DNA of 64,000 nucleotides from assembly GCF_044324875.1 (NCBI RefSeq), contig NZ_CP172185.1; one strand, written 5' to 3'. This DNA is from Escherichia coli. Its GTDB lineage: Bacteria; Pseudomonadota; Gammaproteobacteria; Enterobacterales; Enterobacteriaceae. The number at the start of each line of letters is the position of its first letter. Position 1 is the stretch's first letter. Below the pieces are notes generated by a model that was not told the DNA's origin, ran no database searches, and was given only the letters and a program-made list of their open reading frames with translations. This document shows, piece by piece, positions 1 through 8,806 of the stretch. The position numbers were made by a program, and so were the translations under genes.

Positions 1-707
1 GCCTTTATAGATCAATGACTTTTCAAAATTCGCTCCGAGAAAGGTGATTGATACGTCTTTGTACTTACTGAGATCTTTCCATGCGGTAATATTAAGCTGT
101 TCCTTTTTCGCATCGGTAAAGTACTCATTATTCATGATGAACATATCATTTTCGTTAATTGCTGGTAGCTGGTTCAAAATATTCTTCAGTACTTCCCCTT
201 GTATTTCTGGTTTTCTTTCTGCCGCAATATACATATTTCTGTCATCTAATGACTGTACATTGTGTATTAATGAATTAAGAATTACATTTTTTATATTAGT
301 ATCACCCTCATTAATATTCTGAAAAGAATGAAAATTAGTTACGTCATCAATATAAACATTCCACCCGGACAATAATTCAACAGAAATTTTAAAAAAGGTT
401 TTGTCTGTGATAAGTAATGTCGATGAATTCGAACTATTCAAATAATCGATAACAGTACTAATTACACTTTCATCTCTCGGAACTGAATCTGTAATAATAT
501 ACTTACAATCATTAATTTGTTTTGCTGTCTGTTTAATAAGTTCTTGTGTGTTCTGCACTAAAATATATTTTTCAGTACTATTGTTAATTAAATTACATAT
601 AGCAGTAGTTTTACCTGAACCACAAGGGGCGGAGACATACTTAAATTTATTATAAATAGGTGTAGGATTAATCATTTGTACACGCTCCATATTGATTAAT
701 TTAGAAA
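1..707 (-). CDS. P-loop NTPase, helicase-like or AAA+/STAND-like, C-terminus outside window (partial, at least 235 aa)
   Basis: My own minus-strand translation from ATG at 707: MADLSKLINMERVQMINPTPIYNKFKYVSAPCGSGKTTAICNLIN..., with Walker A GSGKTT near residue 30 and a hydrophobic-DD Walker B-like motif VYIDDV about 85 aa later. Low GC. Not in the ORF track because it has no stop within the window. Confidence 0.6.
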
Positions 708-792
708 GGTCAGCCATTCCAGTGTCTGGCCTTTCGTTGTTTTAGTTATTAGTATTTAGGCATTGAAAAATAATTTTATTTGGCATAGTAAA

Positions 793-2355
793 TCATGATT
801 TATTGATTAAATACTCCACCGATTTTAGGTCATCATTCTGAACTGCCATAAATTTCACATCACCAGTTTTACTATCAATTACCATTGCTTGCTTCTCATT
901 AACACCAATATAATTCACAACTAACATAATAGCATTTCCTAAACGCTTCATTTTTATATTTTTAATAACACGTTTAATCTTCACATTAAAATTAAGTCTT
1001 AAATTAGTATTCTTAGAGTCGAGCAAATCATCAGTGCACGATTCTTTTAAATCGCTAAATTTTTCATAACCAACATTTGATTGTTTCAACCTAGTAATTT
1101 CAGTTCGTATTTCGCTAATACGACGTTGGAGGTTTTTTAGTATACGTCTATCATTAGGGTCAGGTATGTATTCCTTTTCCATGTCTGCGAGTATTTCGCT
1201 ACTATAATTTTCTTTTGTAGCTAGCTCTATTGAAAGATAGTTTATTTTAATTTGTATATCATCATCGTTTGACCTCAACATAGAAAAGTCAAAATTCCTG
1301 ATATGTTCCAATAAAGCATTTTCTATAATCTTGTATTTGAAACCTCTTTCTTTGCATTTATCAATTTTCAATAGACTCCCACCACAACGAAAGTATGTAT
1401 CACCTTTTTTATCGACAGAATTAACTTGGACATATCTGCCACAATTCATACATATGCATAATCCTGCAAATAAATTATTAGCTTTTACATTTACTTTTCC
1501 CAACGGGTTTCTCTGCTTTCGTAAATCATTTACAGTTTCAAATAATGATTGTTCAACAACCACTGGATAGATAATCATACCATCTAAAATTTTACGTCCC
1601 GTAGAATTGAATTTACCAATAAGCCTTTGATCTTTAATTATTTTAACCAAATGATTAATAGTCGGCTCACTTTCATTTATCTGCATTTTTTTCTTTTTTA
1701 GTTCATCACGGATTGCAGCAGGTCCAAATCCATCAGCATACATTTTAAAAATAAGGTTGAACTTCTCAGCCTCACCTTCTTTTATCACATACTTATTATT
1801 TTTAACTTCTATCCATGATGGCACTCGATGTGTTAAAACAGATGTTCCTTCGATAGTATTTTTTATTCTTTCATCCCAGTTTTTAATACTTAAGCGAGCT
1901 TTGCGTTTACTTTCATTATGTGCTCGCTGTAAACCTCCTGAAATAATATTCAGATCACTATATTGGTGATGTATCATTTCTGTTTCTACTTCATGAATAT
2001 CGCATCCAGCATTAATCAAGCTCAAGAATAATCCTGCGGCTCGGTTGGGTGCGGCTCTACTAAAGCGGTCTAGGTTTTCAATGACTAACACTGAATTAGT
2101 GATCTTTTTCTGTAACACATCATCTATAAAGTTTTTCAGTACAGAACCATCTTCGATATTTTTTCCGCTATATGCAGATACACCTTCGGCATACAACCAA
2201 CTAATATCCCCAAACTCATAGCCACGGTTATGTTGAGAATCATCGTATGCAGCAACGTAATCTCGCAGCATTGTTTGCTGTCTCGACATGCCATAGCCAT
2301 CTTTAGCTTGTCCTCTCGAACTGACACGAGCGTAGCAATACACCGCTTTTTTCAT
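793..2355 (-). CDS. Large serine recombinase (integrase/resolvase family), 520 aa
   Basis: N-terminal resolvase-type catalytic region YCYARVSSRGQ with the serine nucleophile context; cysteine-rich zinc-ribbon-like segment CICMNCGRY...FRCGG; C-terminal coiled-coil-like region; low GC; sits at the extreme end of the foreign element. Confidence 0.85.
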   Translation of the reverse strand: MKKAVYCYARVSSRGQAKDGYGMSRQQTMLRDYVAAYDDSQHNRGYEFGDISWLYAEGVSAYSGKNIEDGSVLKNFIDDVLQKKITNSVLVIENLDRFSRAAPNRAAGLFLSLINAGCDIHEVETEMIHHQYSDLNIISGGLQRAHNESKRKARLSIKNWDERIKNTIEGTSVLTHRVPSWIEVKNNKYVIKEGEAEKFNLIFKMYADGFGPAAIRDELKKKKMQINESEPTINHLVKIIKDQRLIGKFNSTGRKILDGMIIYPVVVEQSLFETVNDLRKQRNPLGKVNVKANNLFAGLCICMNCGRYVQVNSVDKKGDTYFRCGGSLLKIDKCKERGFKYKIIENALLEHIRNFDFSMLRSNDDDIQIKINYLSIELATKENYSSEILADMEKEYIPDPNDRRILKNLQRRISEIRTEITRLKQSNVGYEKFSDLKESCTDDLLDSKNTNLRLNFNVKIKRVIKNIKMKRLGNAIMLVVNYIGVNEKQAMVIDSKTGDVKFMAVQNDDLKSVEYLINKS

Positions 2356-2396
2356 TTTATTTTCCCTAAAATCATAACAGTAAAAAGCAGTATATC

Positions 2397-2801
2397 ATGG
2401 TGGTTATTGGCATCATTGCCATTTTAAGCGCCATTGGTATTCCCGCTTATCAAAACTACCTGCGCAAAGCCGCACTCACCGACATGCTACAAACCTTTGT
2501 GCCTTACCGTACCGCCGTAGAGTTGTGCGCGCTGGAACATGGTGGATTAGATACCTGCGACGGTGGCAGTAATGGCATCCCCTCGCCTACCACTACCCGC
2601 TATGTTTCAGCCATGAGTGTGGCAAAGGGCGTGGTGTCGCTGACCGGGCAAGAAAGTCTCAATGGGCTAAGCGTCGTCATGACGCCGGGTTGGGATAACG
2701 CAAACGGCGTCACCGGTTGGACGCGCAACTGCAATATTCAAAGTGACAGCGCATTGCAGCAAGCCTGCGAAGATGTCTTCCGCTTTGATGACGCCAACTA
2801 A
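2397..2801 (+). pseudogene. ppdD: Type IV prepilin PpdD, N-terminally truncated by the upstream insertion
   Basis: ORF begins MVVIGIIAILSAIGIPAYQNYLRKAA..., i.e. inside the conserved pilin N-terminal helix; the leader peptide and the G/F cleavage site with FTLIE are missing; sequence immediately upstream is low-GC foreign DNA. Confidence 0.75.
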
Positions 2802-2810
2802 GGAGCGGCA

Positions 2811-4196
2811 ATGAATATTCCACAGCTCACCGCCCTGTGTCTGCGTTATCAGGGAGTCTTGCTGGATGCCAGCGAAGAGGTGGTTCATGTTGCGGTGGTC
2901 GATGCCCCTTCGCATGAGCTACTGGACGCATTGCATTTCGCTACCACCAAACGTATTGAGATCACCTGCTGGACGCGCCAACAAATGGAAGGTCACGCCA
3001 GTCGCACACAACAGACATTGCCCGTAGCTATTCATGAGAAGCATCAGCCCAAAGCAGAGTTGCTGACTCGAACGTTACAATCTGCGCTGGAACAACGCGC
3101 GTCTGATATTCATATCGAACCAGCGGACAATGGCTACCGCATACGCTTGCGTATCGACGGCGTATTGCATCCTTTACCGGATGTTTCACCGGATGCCGGA
3201 ATCGCATTAACCGCCAGATTAAAAGTGCTGGGGAACCTGGATATTGCGGAACATCGCCTGCCGCAGGACGGGCAATTCACTGTCGAACTGGCAGGAAACG
3301 CCGTCTCATTTCGTATTGCGACCTTACCATGTCGGGGTGGTGAAAAGGTGGTATTAAGGTTGTTACAGCAGGTGAGTCAGGCACTGGATGTCAACACGCT
3401 TGGAATGCAGCCGTTACAACTGGCGGACTTTGCTCATGCCTTGCAACAACCACAGGGACTGGTGCTGGTAACAGGCCCTACAGGCAGCGGCAAAACGGTC
3501 ACGCTTTATAGTGCCCTGCAAACGCTGAATACCGCTGACATTAATATTTGTAGCGTAGAAGATCCGGTTGAGATCCCCATAGCCGGACTAAACCAGACGC
3601 AAATCCATCCGCGTGCCGGACTCACCTTTCAGGGCGTTTTGCGTGCGTTATTGCGCCAGGATCCTGACGTCATCATGATCGGAGAGATCCGCGATGGCGA
3701 AACGGCAGAAATTGCCATTAAAGCCGCGCAAACCGGTCACCTGGTGTTGTCTACCCTACACACTAATTCCACCTGCGAAACGCTGGTACGTTTACAGCAA
3801 ATGGGAGTCGCCCGCTGGATGCTATCATCGGCGCTTACGCTGGTAATAGCCCAGCGTCTGGTACGCAAACTTTGCCCGCATTGTCGCCGGCAGCAAGGGG
3901 AGCCCATCCATATTCCAGACAATGTATGGCCGTCGCCGCTGCCCCACTGGCAGGCACCCGGTTGTGTACATTGCTACCACGGTTTTTATGGTCGCACGGC
4001 CTTATTTGAAGTTCTGCCCATAACACCGGTCATACGTCAGCTTATTTCCGCTAATACCGACGTTGAATCGCTGGAAATGCACGCCCGACAGGCGGGTATG
4101 CGTACGCTTTTTGAAAACGGCTGCCTGGCCGTGGAGCAAGGCTTAACCACCTTTGAAGAGTTAATCCGCGTATTGGGGATGCCGCATGGCGAGTAA
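2811..4196 (+). CDS. hofB: Type IV pilus assembly ATPase (PilB/GspE family)
   Basis: 461 aa with Walker A GPTGSGKT and a CxxC...CxxC zinc motif; position downstream of ppdD. Confidence 0.95.
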   Translation: MNIPQLTALCLRYQGVLLDASEEVVHVAVVDAPSHELLDALHFATTKRIEITCWTRQQMEGHASRTQQTLPVAIHEKHQPKAELLTRTLQSALEQRASDIHIEPADNGYRIRLRIDGVLHPLPDVSPDAGIALTARLKVLGNLDIAEHRLPQDGQFTVELAGNAVSFRIATLPCRGGEKVVLRLLQQVSQALDVNTLGMQPLQLADFAHALQQPQGLVLVTGPTGSGKTVTLYSALQTLNTADINICSVEDPVEIPIAGLNQTQIHPRAGLTFQGVLRALLRQDPDVIMIGEIRDGETAEIAIKAAQTGHLVLSTLHTNSTCETLVRLQQMGVARWMLSSALTLVIAQRLVRKLCPHCRRQQGEPIHIPDNVWPSPLPHWQAPGCVHCYHGFYGRTALFEVLPITPVIRQLISANTDVESLEMHARQAGMRTLFENGCLAVEQGLTTFEELIRVLGMPHGE

Positions 4197-5388
4197 GCAA
4201 CTCTGGCGCTGGCATGGCATAACCGGCGACGGTAATGCGCAAGATGGGATGCTATGGGCAGAGAGTCGTGCTTTACTGCTTATGGCACTACAGCAACAGA
4301 TGGTTACCCCACTTAGCCTGAAGCGAATCGCCATCAATTCTGCGCAGTGGCGAGGAGATAAAAGCGCGGAAGTCATTCATCAACTGGCGACGCTACTCAA
4401 AGCCGGGTTAACGCTTTCTGAAGGGCTGGCACTGCTGGCGGAACAGCATCCCAGTAAGCAATGGCAAGCGTTGCTGCAATCGCTGGCGCACGATCTCGAA
4501 CAGGGCATTGCTTTTTCCAATGCCTTATTACCCTGGTCAGAGGTATTTCCGCCGCTCTATCAGGCAATGATCCGCACGGGGGAATTGACTGGTAAGTTAG
4601 ATGAATGTTGCTTTGAACTTGCTCGACAGCAAAAAGCCCAGCGTCAGTTAGCCGATAAAGTGAAATCAGCGTTGCGTTATCCCATCATCATTTTAGCGAT
4701 GGCAATCATGGTGGTTGTGGCAATGCTGCATTTTGTGCTGCCGGAGTTTGCTGCTATTTATAAGACCTTCAACACCCCACTACCGGTACTAACGCAGGGG
4801 ATCATGACGCTGGCAGACTTTAGTGGCGAATGGGGCTGGCTGCTGGTGTTGTTCGGCTTTCTGCTGGCGATAGCCAATAAGTTGCTGATGCGCCGCCCGA
4901 CCTGGCTTATCGCGCGGCAGAAATTGCTGTTACGCATCCCGATTATGGGTTCACTGATGCGGGGACAAAAACTCACGCAGATCTTTACGATTCTGGCGCT
5001 GACTCAAAGTGCAGGCATTACTTTTTTACAGGGCGTAGAGAGCGTCAGAGCAACAATGCGCTGCCCGTACTGGGTGCAACTTCTGACACAAATCCAGCAC
5101 GATATCAGTAACGGTCATCCCATCTGGCTGGCGCTAAAAAATACCGGTGAGTTTAGCCCGCTCTGTTTGCAATTAGTGAGAACAGGAGAGGCATCCGGCT
5201 CGCTGGATCTCATGTTAGACAACCTCGCCCATCATCATCGGGATAACACACTGGCGCTGGCGGATAACCTCGCAGCCTTACTGGAACCGGCGTTGCTGAT
5301 CATAACGGGAGGAATTATCGGTACGCTGGTGGTGGCAATGTATCTGCCCATTTTCCATTTAGGCGATGCAATGAGTGGAATGGGATAA
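4186..5388 (+). CDS. hofC: Type IV pilus inner-membrane platform protein (PilC/GspF family)
   Basis: 400 aa, overlaps hofB stop; hydrophobic membrane segments; conserved synteny. Confidence 0.95.
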   Translation: MASKQLWRWHGITGDGNAQDGMLWAESRALLLMALQQQMVTPLSLKRIAINSAQWRGDKSAEVIHQLATLLKAGLTLSEGLALLAEQHPSKQWQALLQSLAHDLEQGIAFSNALLPWSEVFPPLYQAMIRTGELTGKLDECCFELARQQKAQRQLADKVKSALRYPIIILAMAIMVVVAMLHFVLPEFAAIYKTFNTPLPVLTQGIMTLADFSGEWGWLLVLFGFLLAIANKLLMRRPTWLIARQKLLLRIPIMGSLMRGQKLTQIFTILALTQSAGITFLQGVESVRATMRCPYWVQLLTQIQHDISNGHPIWLALKNTGEFSPLCLQLVRTGEASGSLDLMLDNLAHHHRDNTLALADNLAALLEPALLIITGGIIGTLVVAMYLPIFHLGDAMSGMG

Positions 5389-5417
5389 CGCTGGCGTGTT
5401 GCTCCACGCCAGCGTTG
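5388..5417. terminator. Hairpin between convergent hofC and guaC (possible bidirectional terminator)
   Basis: Inverted repeat aacgctggcgtg / cacgccagcgtt between two converging gene ends; no strong T-run. Confidence 0.35.
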
Positions 5418-5422
5418 GGAGA

Positions 5423-6466
5423 TTACAGGTTGTTGAAGATGCGGTTTTCTTGTTCCAGCACACGGATAAATGTGGTGCGCTTGGTCAGCTCTTTCAGGCG
5501 TGAAGCCCCAACGTATGTACAAGCTGAACGCAGGCCGCCCAAAATATCACGCGCGGTATTTTCAACCGGGCCTCGCAGCGGCAGCTTAACGGTTTTACCT
5601 TCTGCTGCGCGATATTCCGCAACGCCGCCAACGTGACGTTTCATCGCAGACTCGGAGCTCATGCCGTAGAACAGCATAAATTTCTCGCCGTTCTCCTCAA
5701 CGATGCGACCGCCGCTCTCTTCGTGGCCCGCCAGCATGCCGCCAAGCATGACGAAATCGGCACCGCCGCCAAAGGCTTTCGCGACATCGCCCGGCGTGGT
5801 GCAGCCACCGTCGCTGACGATCATTCCGCCCAGACCATGCGCAGCATCGGCACATTCGATCACCGCAGAAAGTTGCGGATAACCGACGCCTGTTTTGACG
5901 CGAGTTGTACAAACAGAACCTGGGCCAATGCCAACTTTAACGATATCAGCACCGGAGAGGATAAGCTCCTCACACATTTCACCAGTCACTACGTTGCCAG
6001 CACAAATGGTTTTGGTCGGCCACGCTTCACGCGCTTTCGCAACGAACTGCACGAAGTGTTCGGAATAACCATTCGCCACATCAATACAAACGAAATTTAA
6101 TGCCGGGTTCAGGTCGAGAATCTGTTTAGTTTTTTCGAAATCCGCATCTGATGTACCGGTAGAAACCATCACATGTTTCAGCACATCAACGGAAGAATTG
6201 TTGATAAACGCTTGCCACTCTTCGACAGAATAGTGTTTATGCACAGCAGTCAAAATATCAAAAGAAGCCAGCGCAGAGGCCATAGAAAATGTGCCTACGG
6301 TGTCCATATTTGCGGCGATAATCGGCACGCCGGACCAGCTCTGACCTGAATGTTTGAAGGTGAATTGACGTTCCAGTTCAACATCGGAACGGCTTTTAAG
6401 AGTGGAGCGTTTAGGGCGGATGAGAACGTCTTTAAAACCTAACTTCAGATCTTCTTCAATACGCAT
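5423..6466 (-). CDS. guaC: GMP reductase
   Basis: 347 aa, IMPDH/GMPR-fold protein; synteny between hofC and coaE. Confidence 0.95.
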   Translation of the reverse strand: MRIEEDLKLGFKDVLIRPKRSTLKSRSDVELERQFTFKHSGQSWSGVPIIAANMDTVGTFSMASALASFDILTAVHKHYSVEEWQAFINNSSVDVLKHVMVSTGTSDADFEKTKQILDLNPALNFVCIDVANGYSEHFVQFVAKAREAWPTKTICAGNVVTGEMCEELILSGADIVKVGIGPGSVCTTRVKTGVGYPQLSAVIECADAAHGLGGMIVSDGGCTTPGDVAKAFGGGADFVMLGGMLAGHEESGGRIVEENGEKFMLFYGMSSESAMKRHVGGVAEYRAAEGKTVKLPLRGPVENTARDILGGLRSACTYVGASRLKELTKRTTFIRVLEQENRIFNNL

Positions 6467-6690
6467 GTGCGGATTCCTGGGGTTAATGGCTATAAGGGTA
6501 AGAGCGCAACTCCAGTGACGTTATCATACGCACTAATCAATGCGGCGCAAGACTGCGAAATTGTCTTTTTTTACGCTACAATCCCATAAATTTACCTGGT
6601 AAATAGTGAGCGAACGTTTAATCAATTTCGCTTTCGTGCGCTCATTTTTAACGTTTTGATAATCATGATGAATTCCCGGGAATATAAATT

Positions 6691-7311
6691 ATGAGGTATA
6701 TAGTTGCCTTAACGGGAGGCATTGGCAGTGGCAAGAGTACCGTTGCCAATGCGTTTGCTGATCTCGGAATTAACGTCATTGATGCCGATATTATTGCGCG
6801 TCAGGTGGTTGAACCAGGTGCACCTGCGCTACATGCCATTGCTGATCACTTTGGCGCTAACATGATTGCTGCTGATGGAACATTGCAGCGCCGGGCCTTG
6901 CGCGAGCGGATCTTCGCCAACCCGGAAGAGAAAAACTGGCTTAACGCCCTGCTGCATCCGCTGATTCAGCAAGAGACGCAACACCAGATCCAGCAAGCTA
7001 CTTCCCCCTATGTACTATGGGTTGTGCCATTGCTGGTAGAAAACTCACTGTATAAAAAAGCGAATCGAGTGCTGGTGGTGGATGTCAGCCCAGAAACGCA
7101 ACTTAAGCGCACCATGCAGCGCGATGATGTAACTCGCGAGCATGTTGAACAAATCCTTGCTGCTCAGGCAACGCGCGAAGCCCGCCTTGCCGTGGCAGAT
7201 GACGTCATTGATAATAACGGCGCACCGGATGCTATCGCATCGGATGTTGCCCGCCTGCACGCACACTATTTGCAGCTTGCGTCGCAGTTTGTCTCACAGG
7301 AAAAACCGTAA
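6691..7311 (+). CDS. coaE: Dephospho-CoA kinase
   Basis: 206 aa, N-terminal P-loop GGIGSGKST. Confidence 0.95.
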   Translation: MRYIVALTGGIGSGKSTVANAFADLGINVIDADIIARQVVEPGAPALHAIADHFGANMIAADGTLQRRALRERIFANPEEKNWLNALLHPLIQQETQHQIQQATSPYVLWVVPLLVENSLYKKANRVLVVDVSPETQLKRTMQRDDVTREHVEQILAAQATREARLAVADDVIDNNGAPDAIASDVARLHAHYLQLASQFVSQEKP

Positions 7312-8054
7312 TGCAGACCCAGGTCCTTTTTGAACATCCACTAAATGAAAAAATGCGTACGTGGCTGCGCATTGAGTTTTTGATTCAGCAACTCACCGTT
7401 AATTTACCCATCGCTGACCACGCTGGCGCGCTGCATTTCTTCCGTAATGTCAGTGAATTACTGGATGTTTTCGAGCGTGGCGAAGTCCGCACTGAGCTGT
7501 TGAAAGAACTTGACCGGCAGCAACGTAAACTCCAGACCTGGATTGGCGTGCCTGGCGTGGACCAGAGCCGTATTGAAGCATTAATTCAGCAGTTAAAAGC
7601 GGCGGGGAGCGTATTAATTTCCGCGCCGCGTATCGGGCAATTTCTGCGTGAAGATCGTTTGATTGCTCTGGTGCGTCAGCGACTGAGCATCCCAGGCGGC
7701 TGTTGCAGCTTTGATTTACCTTCATTGCACATTTGGCTGCATCTACCCCAGGCGCAGCGCGACAGCCAGGTAGAAACCTGGATTGCCAGCCTGAACCCGC
7801 TCACCCAGGCACTTACCATGGTGCTGGATTTAATTCGCCAGTCGGCCCCCTTCCGTAAACAAACCAGCCTGAATGGTTTTTATCAGGATAACGGTGGCGA
7901 TGCCGACTTGCTGCGCCTGAATCTGTCGCTCGATTCACAGCTTTATCCGCAAATTTCCGGTCATAAGAGCCGTTTTGCCATTCGTTTTATGCCGCTGGAC
8001 AGTGAAAACGGACAGGTACCGGAACGTCTGGATTTCGAATTGGCCTGTTGCTAA
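7311..8054 (+). CDS. zapD: Cell division factor ZapD
   Basis: 247 aa, start overlaps coaE stop; conserved coaE-zapD-yacG arrangement. Confidence 0.9.
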   Translation: MQTQVLFEHPLNEKMRTWLRIEFLIQQLTVNLPIADHAGALHFFRNVSELLDVFERGEVRTELLKELDRQQRKLQTWIGVPGVDQSRIEALIQQLKAAGSVLISAPRIGQFLREDRLIALVRQRLSIPGGCCSFDLPSLHIWLHLPQAQRDSQVETWIASLNPLTQALTMVLDLIRQSAPFRKQTSLNGFYQDNGGDADLLRLNLSLDSQLYPQISGHKSRFAIRFMPLDSENGQVPERLDFELACC

Positions 8055-8063
8055 GGAGTAAAA

Positions 8064-8261
8064 ATGTCAGAAACTATTACGGTGAATTGCCCAACCTGCG
8101 GGAAAACGGTGGTATGGGGTGAAATCAGCCCGTTTCGGCCATTTTGCTCCAAACGTTGTCAGCTGATCGACCTCGGAGAATGGGCTGCTGAAGAAAAACG
8201 AATCCCCAGCAGTGGCGATCTTTCCGAAAGCGATGACTGGAGCGAAGAGCCAAAGCAGTGA
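8064..8261 (+). CDS. yacG: DNA gyrase inhibitor YacG (zinc finger)
   Basis: 65 aa with CPTCGK...CSKRC zinc-ribbon cysteines. Confidence 0.9.
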
Positions 8262-8265
8262 CATT

Positions 8266-8345
8266 TTGTCTGATGCGACGCTGGCCTGATAAGACGCGCC
8301 AGCGTCGCATCGGGCATCTTGTGCAAATGTTGGATGCGGCATAAA
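8266..8345. repeat. REP / palindromic unit cluster (BIME) between yacG and mutT
   Basis: gtctgatgcgacgctggcctgataagacgcgccagcgtcgcatc and related REP consensus in an intergenic region between convergent genes. Confidence 0.8.
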
Positions 8346-8348
8346 CAC

Positions 8349-8747
8349 CTATCCGACATACACGCGCTTAAGCTTCGCAATTACCGGTTCATTGGCTGGC
8401 GGAAACTCATCGGCATTAAGACCGACCAGCGACATCCACTTACCGGGTTGCCCTTCTTTACCCCACGGCTCCCCTTCCCAGCTTTCGACCAGCCAGAACC
8501 ACAGTGTTATATGCCTGTCCGGGAATTCATATTCGAGTTTTTCAAATAGCGAAAAATGTTGTGGGGTAATCCCGACTTCTTCCTGAAGTTCACGCACCAC
8601 CGCCTGTTCCGGCGTTTCACCCATTTCAATTTTACCGCCGGGAAACTCCAGTTTATTCGCCATGTGCGCATCTGCTGCGCGACGGGTTATAAAGATTTCA
8701 TTGTTCTCGTTGCGAATAATACCTACCGCAATTTGCAGCTTTTTCAT
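8349..8747 (-). CDS. mutT: 8-oxo-dGTP diphosphatase (Nudix)
   Basis: 132-aa ORF with Nudix box GGKIEMGETPEQAVVRELQEEVG. Confidence 0.95.
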   Translation of the reverse strand: MKKLQIAVGIIRNENNEIFITRRAADAHMANKLEFPGGKIEMGETPEQAVVRELQEEVGITPQHFSLFEKLEYEFPDRHITLWFWLVESWEGEPWGKEGQPGKWMSLVGLNADEFPPANEPVIAKLKRVYVG

Positions 8748-8806
8748 TGTCTTAAACCTATAAAAAAGGCGCAGAATCCTGCGCCTTTTACTTCAACTGT
8801 TAGCTT

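Larger units (their letters stand above)
1..2396. mobile_element. Partial integrated low-GC element (prophage or integrative island end); boundary inside the 5' end of ppdD, other end outside the window
   Basis: Sharp drop in GC content compared with flanking core genes; carries a large serine recombinase gene next to the junction; ppdD reading frame starts abruptly at 2397 without its N-terminal prepilin segment. Confidence 0.7.

Noticed and set aside
44-322. 92-aa plus-strand ORF in the foreign region
   Set aside because: It lies antisense within the P-loop NTPase reading frame and is low-complexity and hydrophobic, typical of an AT-rich shadow ORF; no ribosome-binding context.
8266-8345. 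Possible CRISPR array suggested by recurring about 35-bp palindromic repeats at several intergenic sites (also 47352-47462, 52749-52850, 59780-59864)
   Set aside because: These are REP/BIME palindromic units: imperfect, in alternating orientation, without regular unique spacers or nearby cas genes.
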